From Fimicolochytrium jonesii (lineage: Eukaryota): a DNA stretch of 64,000 nt. Positions 1 to 10,304 of the stretch are shown here, piece by piece (position 1 is the stretch's first letter; the number at the start of each line of letters is the position of its first letter). The stretch covers positions 496,001 to 560,000 of the forward strand of contig NW_026515681.1 of NCBI RefSeq assembly GCF_025526975.1, in the 5' to 3' direction. A model generated the notes under the pieces. It was not told where the DNA came from. It did no database searches and saw nothing but the letters and a program-made list of their open reading frames with translations. Made by a program: the position numbers and the translations under genes.

Positions 1-1270
1 CGTCGTCGGTCTGTGTGTTGAAAAGTGAACGGAAGTCAGCATGCTCCTTTTCTGCGTGCGACTTTTAGCGAAAGGCACCTACACAAAGAACTGAGGGATG
101 GTCCTCTCTCAATGCATCTCCCAGATGGTGTTCCTGTCATTACACAGGGGACATGAGACAACAGCGGCACGATCTGCCCAGATAAATAAGAGTTCAAACC
201 TCATAGGAGGGAACCGTTTTCGTGAGAACGTTGGATGTCATGCAGATTTCAATAGGGATCCTTTCCTGATATACCCGCTGTCGAACTTCGTCGGACATGT
301 ATGTCGCATGGCCTAAGCGATCTGGTGGTATCGAGAGCATAGAAAGTGACTCGTCATGGCGACCGTCGACCTCGCCTAAGTGAATGGTGACTGTTAAGAC
401 AACAGGAGGAAACGGCGTCAGTTCGTCCCCAGAGGAAATCACAAGAAGACCTACTCAGTAATGAGCGTCACCTTTCAGACCAGCACTTTTGGCCTTCCTC
501 ATAGCATCCTTCGCAACGTTATCAAAGTGACCATAACTGGGATCTCCGCACAGATCGACACCAACAATGCCCTCGTCCCGGTGTTTCAAAGCCAGATCAA
601 TCACCCCTTCTGCTCCGTCTTTGGTCTGCTTCCGATCAATCGCGACAATCAGCTTTACCAAGATATCATCGCAACTTGCTGAACCAAACGCCTTCAGTAG
701 TGTCTGGATGTATGTCTCCTTGGTCATTCCCGTCTCCGGAGCGTCCCTTGGGCCAGATCTGACTTCGAGGTAGCGCACTCCGTCGTTTTTGAAGCCATCG
801 ATCACCGAGTGTGCGATAAACGTCAATGACTCTTCGTCGTTCGTCAGCGCGTAAATGGCTGGGAAAAGGGGGAAAAACCTGACGCAAATTCCAAAAGTAA
901 GACCGGTGCACTCCACCTCGCTGTCCCAAAGGTATCCCAGCACCGTTACGAACTCCGACAGTGCAAACTCCTCCTTCCACTCGAGAGCGTTCAGGACATT
1001 TAGTGCCTCCTGAGCTGCGTCGTCCTTGTGGAGCCGCTGCCCGAGTTTCCTTAACGCCAAGTCCTTCAACGCTGCTGGGGGTATCGATCCATTTAGGTGC
1101 GCGTGGAGTTCCTATAGGTACTCCAGAATTGAGGCCGTTGACATCTACAAAGGTTTAGGGAATTCTCCCCTTACTACTTTCGGTAATCGCCGGCAAAAGT
1201 CCAGGAGGTCTTCGAGTGAGCCGTAGGCGGCTTGAATAAACGGGGTGAGCCGTACAGACGTTGGCCTCAT
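1..1270 (-). CDS. Adenosine deaminase-like protein (ADAL / N6-methyl-AMP deaminase family); multi-exon, 3' end runs off the window
   Basis: Spliced reading gives LPKV|ELHAHLNGSI, DGVRYLEVRS, IVGVDLCGDP, TIHLGE, DRLGHAT, IEICMTSNV and HPSVLC|TDD, the amidohydrolase metal motifs. In-frame ATG at 1270. Confidence 0.88.
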
Positions 1271-1970
1271 CGGAGTTATTGCAAAATCGGGTGGCATGTT
1301 GTTGACAACTTGACCGATGTGCATGCACTAAATGCACTCTGAGATGCACTTCGGCCAAAAGCGAGGCGCGTCTGGATTCAGGTCTGGATTTCGCGAGTCC
1401 GAAGCCGTCCGAAGCCTCCGAAGCAGGGTGGTGTAAAAAGCAGCCGGCCTCAATCAAACTGCAATAAACCTTGGTTTGCCGCCGAGAGTTTGATTCCGTG
1501 ACGGCATATCACATACGCCCAGATCATACGCGGCGAGACAGGTTGACAAAGTATCGCAGCCGCGACGTGGGGCAAGTACTTTCGATTTCGTTTAGTTTAC
1601 AACATAGTTTAGTTTAGCGAATCTCCCTGTGTGCGATGACAGCATCGTCACGTAGTTTCCTGGCAACCAGAGCCCCACTGCCGATCGAGGGTATGGCCGC
1701 TACAGCGGTTGGAGCCGTTAATCTTCTGGTACTTCGGATTGAAAATCGGGCACTACCGTCAAGGTTGGGTATAGCAAGGGTCGACGGTAAAACTATTGAA
1801 GTAACTACAGAAACAGGGGAGCTTCCGCTAAATACATATGTACACGAAAGCACCAAGAACAATCAGTTGAGTGGCTTTCGGGACGGCTTGATGAGGAGAG
1901 GATGTAAAGAAGGGTCGGAGCCTTCGTCCACCCATCGGGCGAACGACGGTGTAGTGATAAATCGTCGTCA

Positions 1971-4900
1971 TCAGTTTGCGCCGTGCCGAGCACCGGCAGC
2001 CCTGTCCTGTATGGCCCACTCGGAAACATAGTTGAAGTCGGCAAACTCGTTCTGGTCCGCAGATGTTAGGACAGAGTTGATGGGTGTGAGGACAGCTTTT
2101 TCGCGCGTGAACTCGGGATCAAAGTTGGAAACGTCCGTTGCGTTTTTCTGCAAAACCAGTATTTTGGCGGGGTCAGATTGGATCCGATCACGGACGAAAC
2201 AGCAAGTTGAGACTTACGATAATGGGAACCCATGGAGGTGGTACCCTCTTGTCCATAAACGCTTGCCAGTCGACGCCAAGGAAGTAGGGATGCCTTTTGA
2301 TCTCTTCCGCATCAAGGCGCCCTCCTCCGAGACGCCGCGCTGGGTTCTTGTTCATCAACTGCGCAACGAGGGTGTTGATGAGCATCGAATCAGATATTCA
2401 AATGACGTATGTCGCCACAAAATAATGTACGTACCCCCTGCAACAAGGACAGCGTGTCCCTCGGAATGTTCGACGGGTACTCCACCGCATCGTTCAGGAT
2501 CGCATCCAACACATCTTGCTCGTCCTCGCCATGGAAAGGATACCGCCCAACAAGCATGACATAGATCAAAACCCCGAAACTCCACCAATCGACGGACCGG
2601 CCGTAACGGTTGGAGCTGAGGATTTCTGGGGCCATGTAGTCGGGAGTCCCACAGAACGTTCGGGTGGTTTGGCCGTATGGCATGTTTTCTTTGCAGATAC
2701 CGTAGTCGGCAACTTTGATGTGACCGTCCGGGCACATCAGGATGTTGTCGAGCTTCAAGTCACTAGATGTTATAGAGAATTTTAGATTGGTTGCGTAAAA
2801 CAATAGGCGGCAGTCTTCTACGCACCGGTAGATGATGTTGTTTTTGTGGAAGTACTCCAATGCCAACAGCACCTCACATGCGTAGAACTTCGCCCTCGCC
2901 TGCGAAAATCTTTTTTTGTCCTGAATGTGCGCCATCAGATCTCCCCCACTGACATACTCCATAACAAAATACACTCGATTATCCGTCTGGAAGCAGGAAT
3001 GCAGGTTCACCAAGAACGGGTGATGCGCGGCTGAGGCCGCCTGGAAAATGCGCTTCTCCAGCTTGGTGGACTTGACATCATCGTTTTGAATAATGAATTC
3101 CTTTTTGAGGGCCTTGACGGCGTAGAGTTGCTGAGTTTGCTTTTCCGCGGCCATCATCACCTTTCCGAAAGCACCGCGACCGAGAACCGCGATGAAATCG
3201 AAGTCATTCAAGGTGATATTTGTCGGCGGCAGGTTCATCATTGGGCGGTGCTGTTGTGTTACAGCGGCCGGCGGGGTCTGGCCATGGTAGTAGTGCGGCG
3301 GGAGCTGCTGCTGCTGTTGCGGAGCGATCTGAGGCTGAGGTGAAATATGTTGATGAGAGCCAGGGGGAAGGTGTTGATGAGACGGGGGCGGTACATTCTC
3401 GCTGACGGGTGGACGCGGCGCAGCAATGGCAGGAACGCTGATGCGCGGTTGTGGAGGTTGCTGAGTGTAATACGGTTGTTGCTGAGGTTGTCCGTAAGGA
3501 TGCGCGTAGGGTTGCTGGTAATACTGTTGCGACGGGGGCTGCTGCTGCTGATGCTGCTGCTGTGGACTAACAGGCGCAACAGAGGACGAAGGCCGTGACT
3601 GCTGGTTATCCGGATACTGCTGGATCTTGGGCGATTGCTTGATCTCCACGGTGGTGCTCGGTAAAGTCTCGCCAATACGCAGCTGTGCTAAAGCGTCATA
3701 TGGAGTGGCACTATGGGCGCTTTGCGAAGGCGGGGTGGGCAACGGCTTAGCTTGAGGCGGCATTTGTTGGTATGCCGAGATGATGGCTTCGGTTCCAGCG
3801 ATCGAGTCGCCACGAGGCGGTGCGATCATGGAGCTCGGCAACGATCCCGGCGTCACGGCTTGAGATGGTGGCCGCTGTAACTGAGCATGGGTAGAGTCTT
3901 CAAGGGTAGCTCTTCGCGCCCGTTCAGCTTCTTCCATCTCCCTTTGATGCAACTTGCGCTCATGTTCTTCAAAAGCCGCAACAAGCATATCCGCCATCTC
4001 AGGAGCTAGGCCACAAAAGTTGGGGACGCACGGTGAACACTCCCTATGACTCGTCTGTTGACATTCGGAACAGCGATGCATCTTGCGACCAGGTGGTAGG
4101 ATGTAACCGCAGTGGGTACACCAGGCTGCCCCGAGGTTGGTGGTCGTTTCCCATCGATGGGGAATATTGTACTTGAGCAGTTGTCCGGAATTGTTGTCCC
4201 TCGTTGGCTCCTGCAAAAGATTCAGCTCAGCATTCGGATACCCATTTCAAACGCCTTCGGTAAACTCACTCCTCGGATCTCCTCTTTCGTGATGCACTTT
4301 GTGATGACCCGGCTATAGCACTTTGCATGTACAGTGTACGAGCAGTCTGGGAAGGTGAAATGAGGTAAGGTGAGTAAATGAAGTGGCGCCTTCATACATA
4401 TCCGCTTTCCACGCGCACTCACTTTGGCATTGGTAGCCTTGCCTGCCCAAAAACTCGTGACATAGAGCACATTGCATGACATGATAGAAACTTTGCGGCA
4501 AGAATCGGTGCCCGTTCTTCGGGAAAACTTTCTGGACTGGATTTCGACGAAACACTTGATCCCTCGCGGTTTTTGTACGTCCCAAGGGCACAAAGTTCAT
4601 CTTCAGCAGCAATTGTCCAGCAGGCTCCATATCAAGCCAGGTCTCCTCTACATCCGCGCGATCATGCTCTTGACCGTATTTGGCCGTGATATCCTCGTCG
4701 AGCTCCCATAATCGATACCAAACAAGCCCGAGCAGTGTCAGATTGCGATCGTACACGGCGATCTCCACCTCCTGAGCTTTGTCGACTTGCAGATCTATGT
4801 ACTCGTTCCATTGATTGCGAGTGTACTTTGTCTCGTGCTTGATGACTCCATCGACCCGAATGAGGGCTTTGAGCTCTTCCTTGCTATTTCTCCGTCCAGG

Positions 4901-5966
4901 TAGGTTCGTCGCCCCGAGAAGCTTCAACTTCAGGCGGCCAGTCTTGCGAAGGCGCACGTCTACGGGTGGAGACAATATTAGCCACAAAGCCCACTTCAAG
5001 CCAATCCGCACAGCGGCTCAGTGAACATGATTCTGTACCAGCCAGATAGTTCTCCTCCTCTTCCTCGTCCTCTACATTCAGGCCAGCATACTTGTGCTCC
5101 GACTTTTGCAAAAACGCCAGTTTTGCATTCGCTTCAGCAATCTTCTCAAGCAGCTCTGTCATTACCGACGGATCCTGCGACGCGGCAGGAGCGTCAGCGA
5201 TAGCTTTGACCATGTTTTCAGTCCCTGTCTTGACTTTCTGTTCCACGTCCAACTTATGACGGACTTGCTTCAAGCGGTACTTGATTTTGTCGGACGTCAA
5301 GGCCGTTCCGTACTTCATGTTATCGAAAGCGGTGGTTCCGCTCGGTTGTGCGTAATCTAGAGAGTTTGCGGACGAGCTACGATTCGGGGATGTCACACCG
5401 GACCCAGGTTGGGAACCACGGCCGATTATGTTCCCAAAGAATCCAGAGCCTTGTGACTGCAATCCGCGATGCCCAGCTGGGGAAGTTGGCCCGCCGGCCG
5501 AGGAGTGCATCACATCTTCTAAAGAGCTGTGTCGGCTGCCGAAGGTTCTGACAGAGCCTTCCGATGTGGGTGTCTGTTGGGTGAAGCTCTGCTTTCGCAC
5601 GTACAACTTGCGAAGCTCTCCGTCGAGGAAGTCGAGCCTCCTCTTTGACTCTGTTGCGTTCATCTCGCACTGGTTTCTCGCGCTCTTGTCCGTGAGGTTC
5701 TTCAACATCTTGAGAGCACCATCGTGAACAGTCTGTTCGATTGTGATTTTTTTTCTCAAGTCGGCGATCTTGCCGTCAACGGCCGCCGGGTCAGCCTAAG
5801 ATGCCAATACACGTACGGTGAGAAACTGTGCGCCGAGGACCGAGTCAGAGCGATTCCCATCCTTCGTCAGAAGCTCCACCACAGCGTATCCCTCTCCCCA
5901 GTCCCGTGGTCAGATGGACATCAAAAGCTCCAAGTTTCCACCAATTTCCTGCACAAACCTCACCAT
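1971..5966 (-). CDS. PKC1: Fungal-type protein kinase C (HR1-HR1-C2-C1-C1-kinase), multi-exon
   Basis: HR1 (IADLRKKITIEQTVHDGA), C1 domains (HRFLPQSFYHVMQCALC; HRWETTTNLGAAWCTHC), kinase motifs (LGRGAFGKV, DLKLDN, TFCGTPDYMAPE) and AGC tail (SNFDPEFT, FADFNY). The start is modelled as ATG 5966 followed by an intron (5963-5796) and is less certain. Confidence 0.93.
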
Positions 5967-6291
5967 TGCTCTTGAGTTCTGTTGACGAGGTCAACTCCTG
6001 AACGCACGAGAACAAGTGGGTGCTGGAATTGGCCTATAGGACAGGCGAAGGAGGAAACCAGCGAACTCGATGCTGCGTTCGACGGAGGTTGTCCGGAGCT
6101 AAGCACAGTAATGCAGATTGGGGGGTTCACCGTTTGGGGTAGCGGTGGTGGGTTCCGGCTGTTGCATGTGCGGCGGCGACATTCTCTCGGCTCTATCCAT
6201 CGATATGAAATTTTGGGAACGCGTGTGCGGAGCCTCTCTGCCCCGTGGGGGGAAATTTACAATGGGATCATCGTCCTCTATTGTCAACACT

Positions 6292-6318
6292 AGGGCGTTT
6301 CACTAGCCCACATAATCG
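6292..6318 (+). repeat. Left terminal inverted repeat
   Basis: AGGGCGTTTCACTAGCCCACATAATCG versus the right end reverse-complemented, AGGGCGTTTCACTAGCCCCCAATAATCG. Confidence 0.95.
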
Positions 6319-6684
6319 GACTTTTGCTCGGATTATCTCGCGATTATCTGCCGATTATTCCGGCGCGCACAGGAACGCGGTTGCTACGCGCTCCCCGATC
6401 GGCCCCCCAAGACACGTCATCCGGGGCCCGGCGCACCCCCCATCGCACCCCAGAAAATCGACAAAAATCGGCGGTTTCGCTGATCTGGGGTGTGCAGAAA
6501 AAGCTGCGTTTGGGGTGTTTTTTCTGCCCCACATAATCCGATTATCTGCACCCCCCCCGATTTTCTCCCTGCGGCGCAGGGTCCGTGCGGCGCAGCCCTG
6601 GACCCTGACCCCACGTGCCCCTCACCCCATGGGTCGCAGGAGTCTGAGGACGCCGAGCAACAGACTGACCTCAACCAGCCCAAC

Positions 6685-7947
6685 ATGCCTGGGACGTCTG
6701 ACCGTCAGCGGGCGATCGCGGAGCTCGCCGAGCGCATTGTCCTCCGGGAGGTGGTGGGATACTTCGACGGCCGGACTAGCGACGAAGACTCGTGGGCCGG
6801 GTCGTCGTCGGAATCGGAAGCCGAGCTCGAGTTCGACATCCTGGTGGCGCTGATGAGCAAGACGTACCTGGCTTCGCGGGACCCCGTCCCCAAACGGTTG
6901 TTTTGGGGGCTCCTGCACACCGTGGACGATGAACGGTGGCTGAACAAAGTGCGCATGAGCCGCACAGCATAAGGACAACTGCTCGACCTTGTCAAGGATC
7001 ACCCGGTCTTCCAGTCCCGAAATTCCGCCATCAAGCCGCAGGAGCCCGTATCTTCCCAGCTGTTTGTCGCTCTTTCTCGGTTGGGGCAGTATGGCAATGG
7101 GACCCGCGTGGGCCACATCGCTCGCATGTGGGGGGTATCTGAGGGGTGCGTTGGTAACTACACCCGCCGGGTCCTCGCGGCCATTGAGGAGGTCGGTAGC
7201 CGTGGCGGCTGGCTCGACTGGCCCACGGCCCAAGGGAAGGAGCTCATCAAGGAGCGCATCTACCGCAAGTCGTTCTTCAAAAACTGCATCGGCTTCGTGG
7301 ACGGGACACACGTTGTGTTTTTCCAGAAGCCCGGCGTAGATGGGGAGGACTTCTTCAACCGGAAGAGGATGTACAGTCTCAACGTGATGGTGGTCAACGA
7401 TGACACGGGACGGATTACCTACGTTCACACGGGAATGTGCGGGAGCGCCTACGACGCCCGCGTGTTCAGCCATTCGGCTTTGGCGCTGCAGCCAGACCTG
7501 TACTTTGGAGAGAACAAATATCTCATCGGGGACAGCGGGTACACCAACACCCTCACTGTCCTTGACAGCATGAAGGGACTGCACGCGGACGTCCCCGTTA
7601 ACAAGGTGTTCAACACTTACATTGCGCAGTTGCGCATCGTGAACGAGCACACGATTGGGCGCCTCAAGGGTCGTTTTCAGAGCCTCCGCGGACGCCGCGT
7701 CGTCGTGAAGGACGCCGACTCCGCCCGTTACGCGAATGCGTGGATCCGGGCGTGCTGCATGCTGCACAACTGGCTGATGGACGACGGGTATCCGCAAGAG
7801 TGGGGCGAGCAGGACCCCGATGCGTTTACGGCCGCTGGTGGTGGTGGGGTGCCGGACGTTACGACCCCCGCTTCGCGTCGGGAGGCGGATGCCCATAGGC
7901 ACAGCGTTCGGGACTACGTTCTTCGGAAACCCCTGGAGGTGGGATGA
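6685..7947 (+). pseudogene. Harbinger-type DDE transposase (HARBI1-like) with one premature stop
   Basis: ORFs 6490-6972 and 7081-7947 share a frame and are split by TAA at 6970-6972 (MSRTA*GQLL). Catalytic motifs IGFVDGTH, LIGDSGY and RIVNEHTIGRLKGRF; ACCMLHNW; HTH-like GHIARMWGVSEG. Confidence 0.93.
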
Positions 7948-8268
7948 TAGGGGCGCGTGGCGCAAGGTGTATTGTATTTGTTCCTGGAAGCGCTATAACC
8001 AAGAATGCTATTTCTGCCAACTATATATTCACGTTAGGGCCCGTGACGCCCCGTCTCCTCTCTCTCCCACCCCGTTTGCAAAGGTGCCACAACTCTCTCC
8101 TTGCTAGTAGCGCTGGAGACATCTCCTTGCTCGCTTGTCGCACCGGTTGCCCACGCGCACACCGCTCGGCCTCCGCGATATTCTGAAGCTGTCTCGGATG
8201 TCAACGGGTAAGTGTCTGCGGGGCCCAAGCGTACGACCCACATGGCAGAGGAATGTTACTCACGTGCG

Positions 8269-8407
8269 TTACTTCTTGGCTTTCGCGCCCGTGTACTCCT
8301 TCTTGCCTTTCGCTCTTGTGTCCTCCTTCTTGCCCGCTCCTGTGCCATGGTACGGCGTGCGGACCCGCTCAAATGGACCTGGTTCAAATGCAACCGGGGC
8401 GGCGGGA
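8269..8407 (-). pseudogene. 3' part of the third Harbinger gene (separated by the LTR insertion)
   Basis: Removing the LTR element and one TSD copy joins ...PVAAPVAP to AAPVAFEPGPFERVRTPYHGTGAGKKEDTRAKGKKEYTGAKAKK* in frame, and the PVAPAA repeat continues across the junction. The true 3' end is uncertain because a GTGAGT...ACAG intron-like segment follows. Confidence 0.65.
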
Positions 8408-8626
8408 TGTAATAATGCTAGGTCCGTTGCCAGAGGCTAGCTCTGTCCCCGCTCGATGTATTGAAAGAATTCTAGCGTTTCTACCTCCCGGGGCGCCGCC
8501 CGAAGGCTTTTCTTCCCTTCGGGAGTCACCCCAGAGCGTAGAACTCCAATTAAATCTATGCTACACGTGATCTCATGCCCTACGCGCTTCCCCGCACTAA
8601 GGTGACACCTGCAGCACCTCATTACA
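8408..8626 (-). repeat. 3' LTR
   Basis: TGTAAT...ATTACA; about 6 differences from 15435-15653 (counted by eye). Confidence 0.97.
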
Positions 8627-8634
8627 CCCCCCTT
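8627..8634 (-). other. Polypurine tract
   Basis: The minus strand reads AAGGGGGG immediately before the 3' LTR. Confidence 0.8.
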
Positions 8635-8854
8635 AGAGCCAAGTGTCACTCCGACAGCACCTGTCAGTCGCTCCCCGCTGTTACTTGATGTGGAGCTGAT
8701 ACAGGTGTCGGCCATGAGGAGTGCGCATGGCTCTACTGGAGCGGCTGGCGTCGCCGGCGGTCACCACGATGGCAATCAGATCCACGCCGATATGAGGTAG
8801 AGATGATTCGGCCGCATCTGGTCGTGGGGCGCTAAGGTCCTTGTCCCTGCGGCA

Positions 8855-8861
8855 TATAAAA
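8855..8861 (+). promoter_or_regulatory. TATA box of the antisense RING gene
   Basis: TATAAAA about 100 nt upstream of CACC-ATG-G (8962), with a pyrimidine-rich leader in between. Confidence 0.65.
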
Positions 8862-8961
8862 GGAAGGCAGTAGTCCCCTCGGCACCTTCCCGCCAGTCCT
8901 CGGACTTACATTTCTTGCTCCCAATCTCGTAACCTCTCACCGTCGCCGTTCCCCTCTCACC

Positions 8962-9720
8962 ATGGCCAGCGTAGCTCCTCCTGCCAAGCCCACCGCCGCC
9001 AGCCCGTCATCGGGCAAGAAGAAAGTAGGCGGAGGCCCCACCAAAGGGGACAGCCTGAAGAAGGCTCTCAAGTGACAGCGAGTGGTGAGTCCACGGAGGG
9101 CACCCAATTGACCGAACTTACGTGGTTTGACCAATTTTATCTCAGGACACCCCCGAGGTGCACTCGGACAGTACCACTGAGCCCCCGGCTCCACCGGCCC
9201 GACCTACGTGTTGGAACTGCAACAGGTAGCGCCCCCGCAAGATGTTCCTCTCGGCGTGCCAGCACGTTATATGCCGGCCTTGCATCCTCCAGCTCTGTGA
9301 TGACACCGTAAGGAACCGCATGTCATGGGTGGTTCCCGTGGGGTGACTGACAGCTCACGTCTCTTCCCGACAGACCAACACGCGCGTCGGGGCGTTCACG
9401 TGCGGCTACGTGGACAGTTTCGGGGAGGAGTGTGAAGTGCCGCGCTTCTGTCAGGCGCTACCCTGCACCTGTGTGTGGCCTGACTGCGATTGTCTGGCCG
9501 AGGACGTGCGGGTCTTCCCCTGCGACCACATCCAGTGTATGGGGCATGTCCGCGCGTAAGTACAACAGTCGTGAATTTTTGACAGGTCCCGCCACTGACG
9601 TGACGCGCTCCCTCTAGCCAGATGAACGTCCAGCAGTTCGTCCCGCTGCGTTGTGGCATGGGGACCGCCTGCCACGGCTCACGTTGCCAATGGTCTTTCG
9701 CCAAACAGGCTGGTATTTAG
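8962..9720 (+). pseudogene. Retrotransposon-borne antisense spliced gene for a ~189-aa tandem RING-finger-like protein; two in-frame stops in this copy
   Basis: Exons 8962-9084, 9146-9307, 9374-9555, 9618-9720. Introns of 61, 66 and 62 nt (GTGAGT/GTAAGG/GTAAGT...YAG; CTGAC branch sites in introns 2 and 3). The spliced frame gives CWNC-x11-CQHVICRPC...FTC-x9-C and CVWPDC...PCDHIQCMGH...RC-x5-C. Stops: TGA 9073 and TAG 9227. Confidence 0.85.
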
Positions 9721-9810
9721 CCTGGCGTCATCATTGTTCTTTCTTGTATATATTTTGTTGAATTTGATCTCTTCGGAGCGTTTCCTTTTGGTACTTCACC
9801 GATTGTCCTG

Positions 9811-10244
9811 AGCCCTGGTGCCTCGCACCCGCTCGCATCCTAGGCCTTGGTTTTGCATACCCGCCCGCATGAGCCCTGACACCTCGCTTGCCCGCTCGCA
9901 TAGGCCCTGGTACCCTGTACCCGCCCGCATCCTAGGCCTTGGTATTGCATACCCGCCCGCATGAGCCCTGACACCTCGCTTGCCCGCTCGCATAGGCCCT
10001 GGTACCTCGTACCCGCCCGCATCATAGGCCCTGGTATTGCATACCCGCCCGCATGAGCCCTGACACCTCGCTTGCCCGCTCGCATAGGCCCTGGTACCTC
10101 GTACCCGCCCGCATCATAGGCCCTGGTACTTCGTACCCGCCTGCATCATAGGCCCTGGTACTTCGTACCCGCCCGCATCATAGGCCCTGGTACTATGTAC
10201 CCGCCCGCATCATAGGCCTTGGTACTAGTACCCGCCCGCATGAG
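9811..10244. repeat. Higher-order tandem array: 14 units of 29-32 bp (92-bp trimer x3, then 32-bp monomers)
   Basis: Core CCCGCYYGCAT at 9828, 9860, 9891, 9920, 9952, 9983, 10012, 10044, 10075, 10104, 10136, 10168, 10200 and 10231. Confidence 0.95.
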
Positions 10245-10304
10245 TCCGTAATGGTAATGATCATTTCGGACAGTAGAAACTCTGTTTTGATGTATGTACA
10301 AGGT

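Noticed and set aside
6622..7965. 447-aa minus-strand ORF, and similar long shadow ORFs over pol, SLU7 and VWA8
   Set aside because: These are antisense shadows of GC-rich coding sequence with no motifs.
9811..10244. CRISPR-like array
   Set aside because: There are no unique spacers, the units are contiguous tandem copies, the context is eukaryotic and no cas genes are present.
10238..10282. Hammerhead-ribozyme look-alike (ATGA-GTCCG...CGGAC-AGTA-GAAAC)
   Set aside because: It lacks the CUGAUGA core, has 4 extra nt before GAAA, and shows no clear stems I and III. Kept only as a hairpin.
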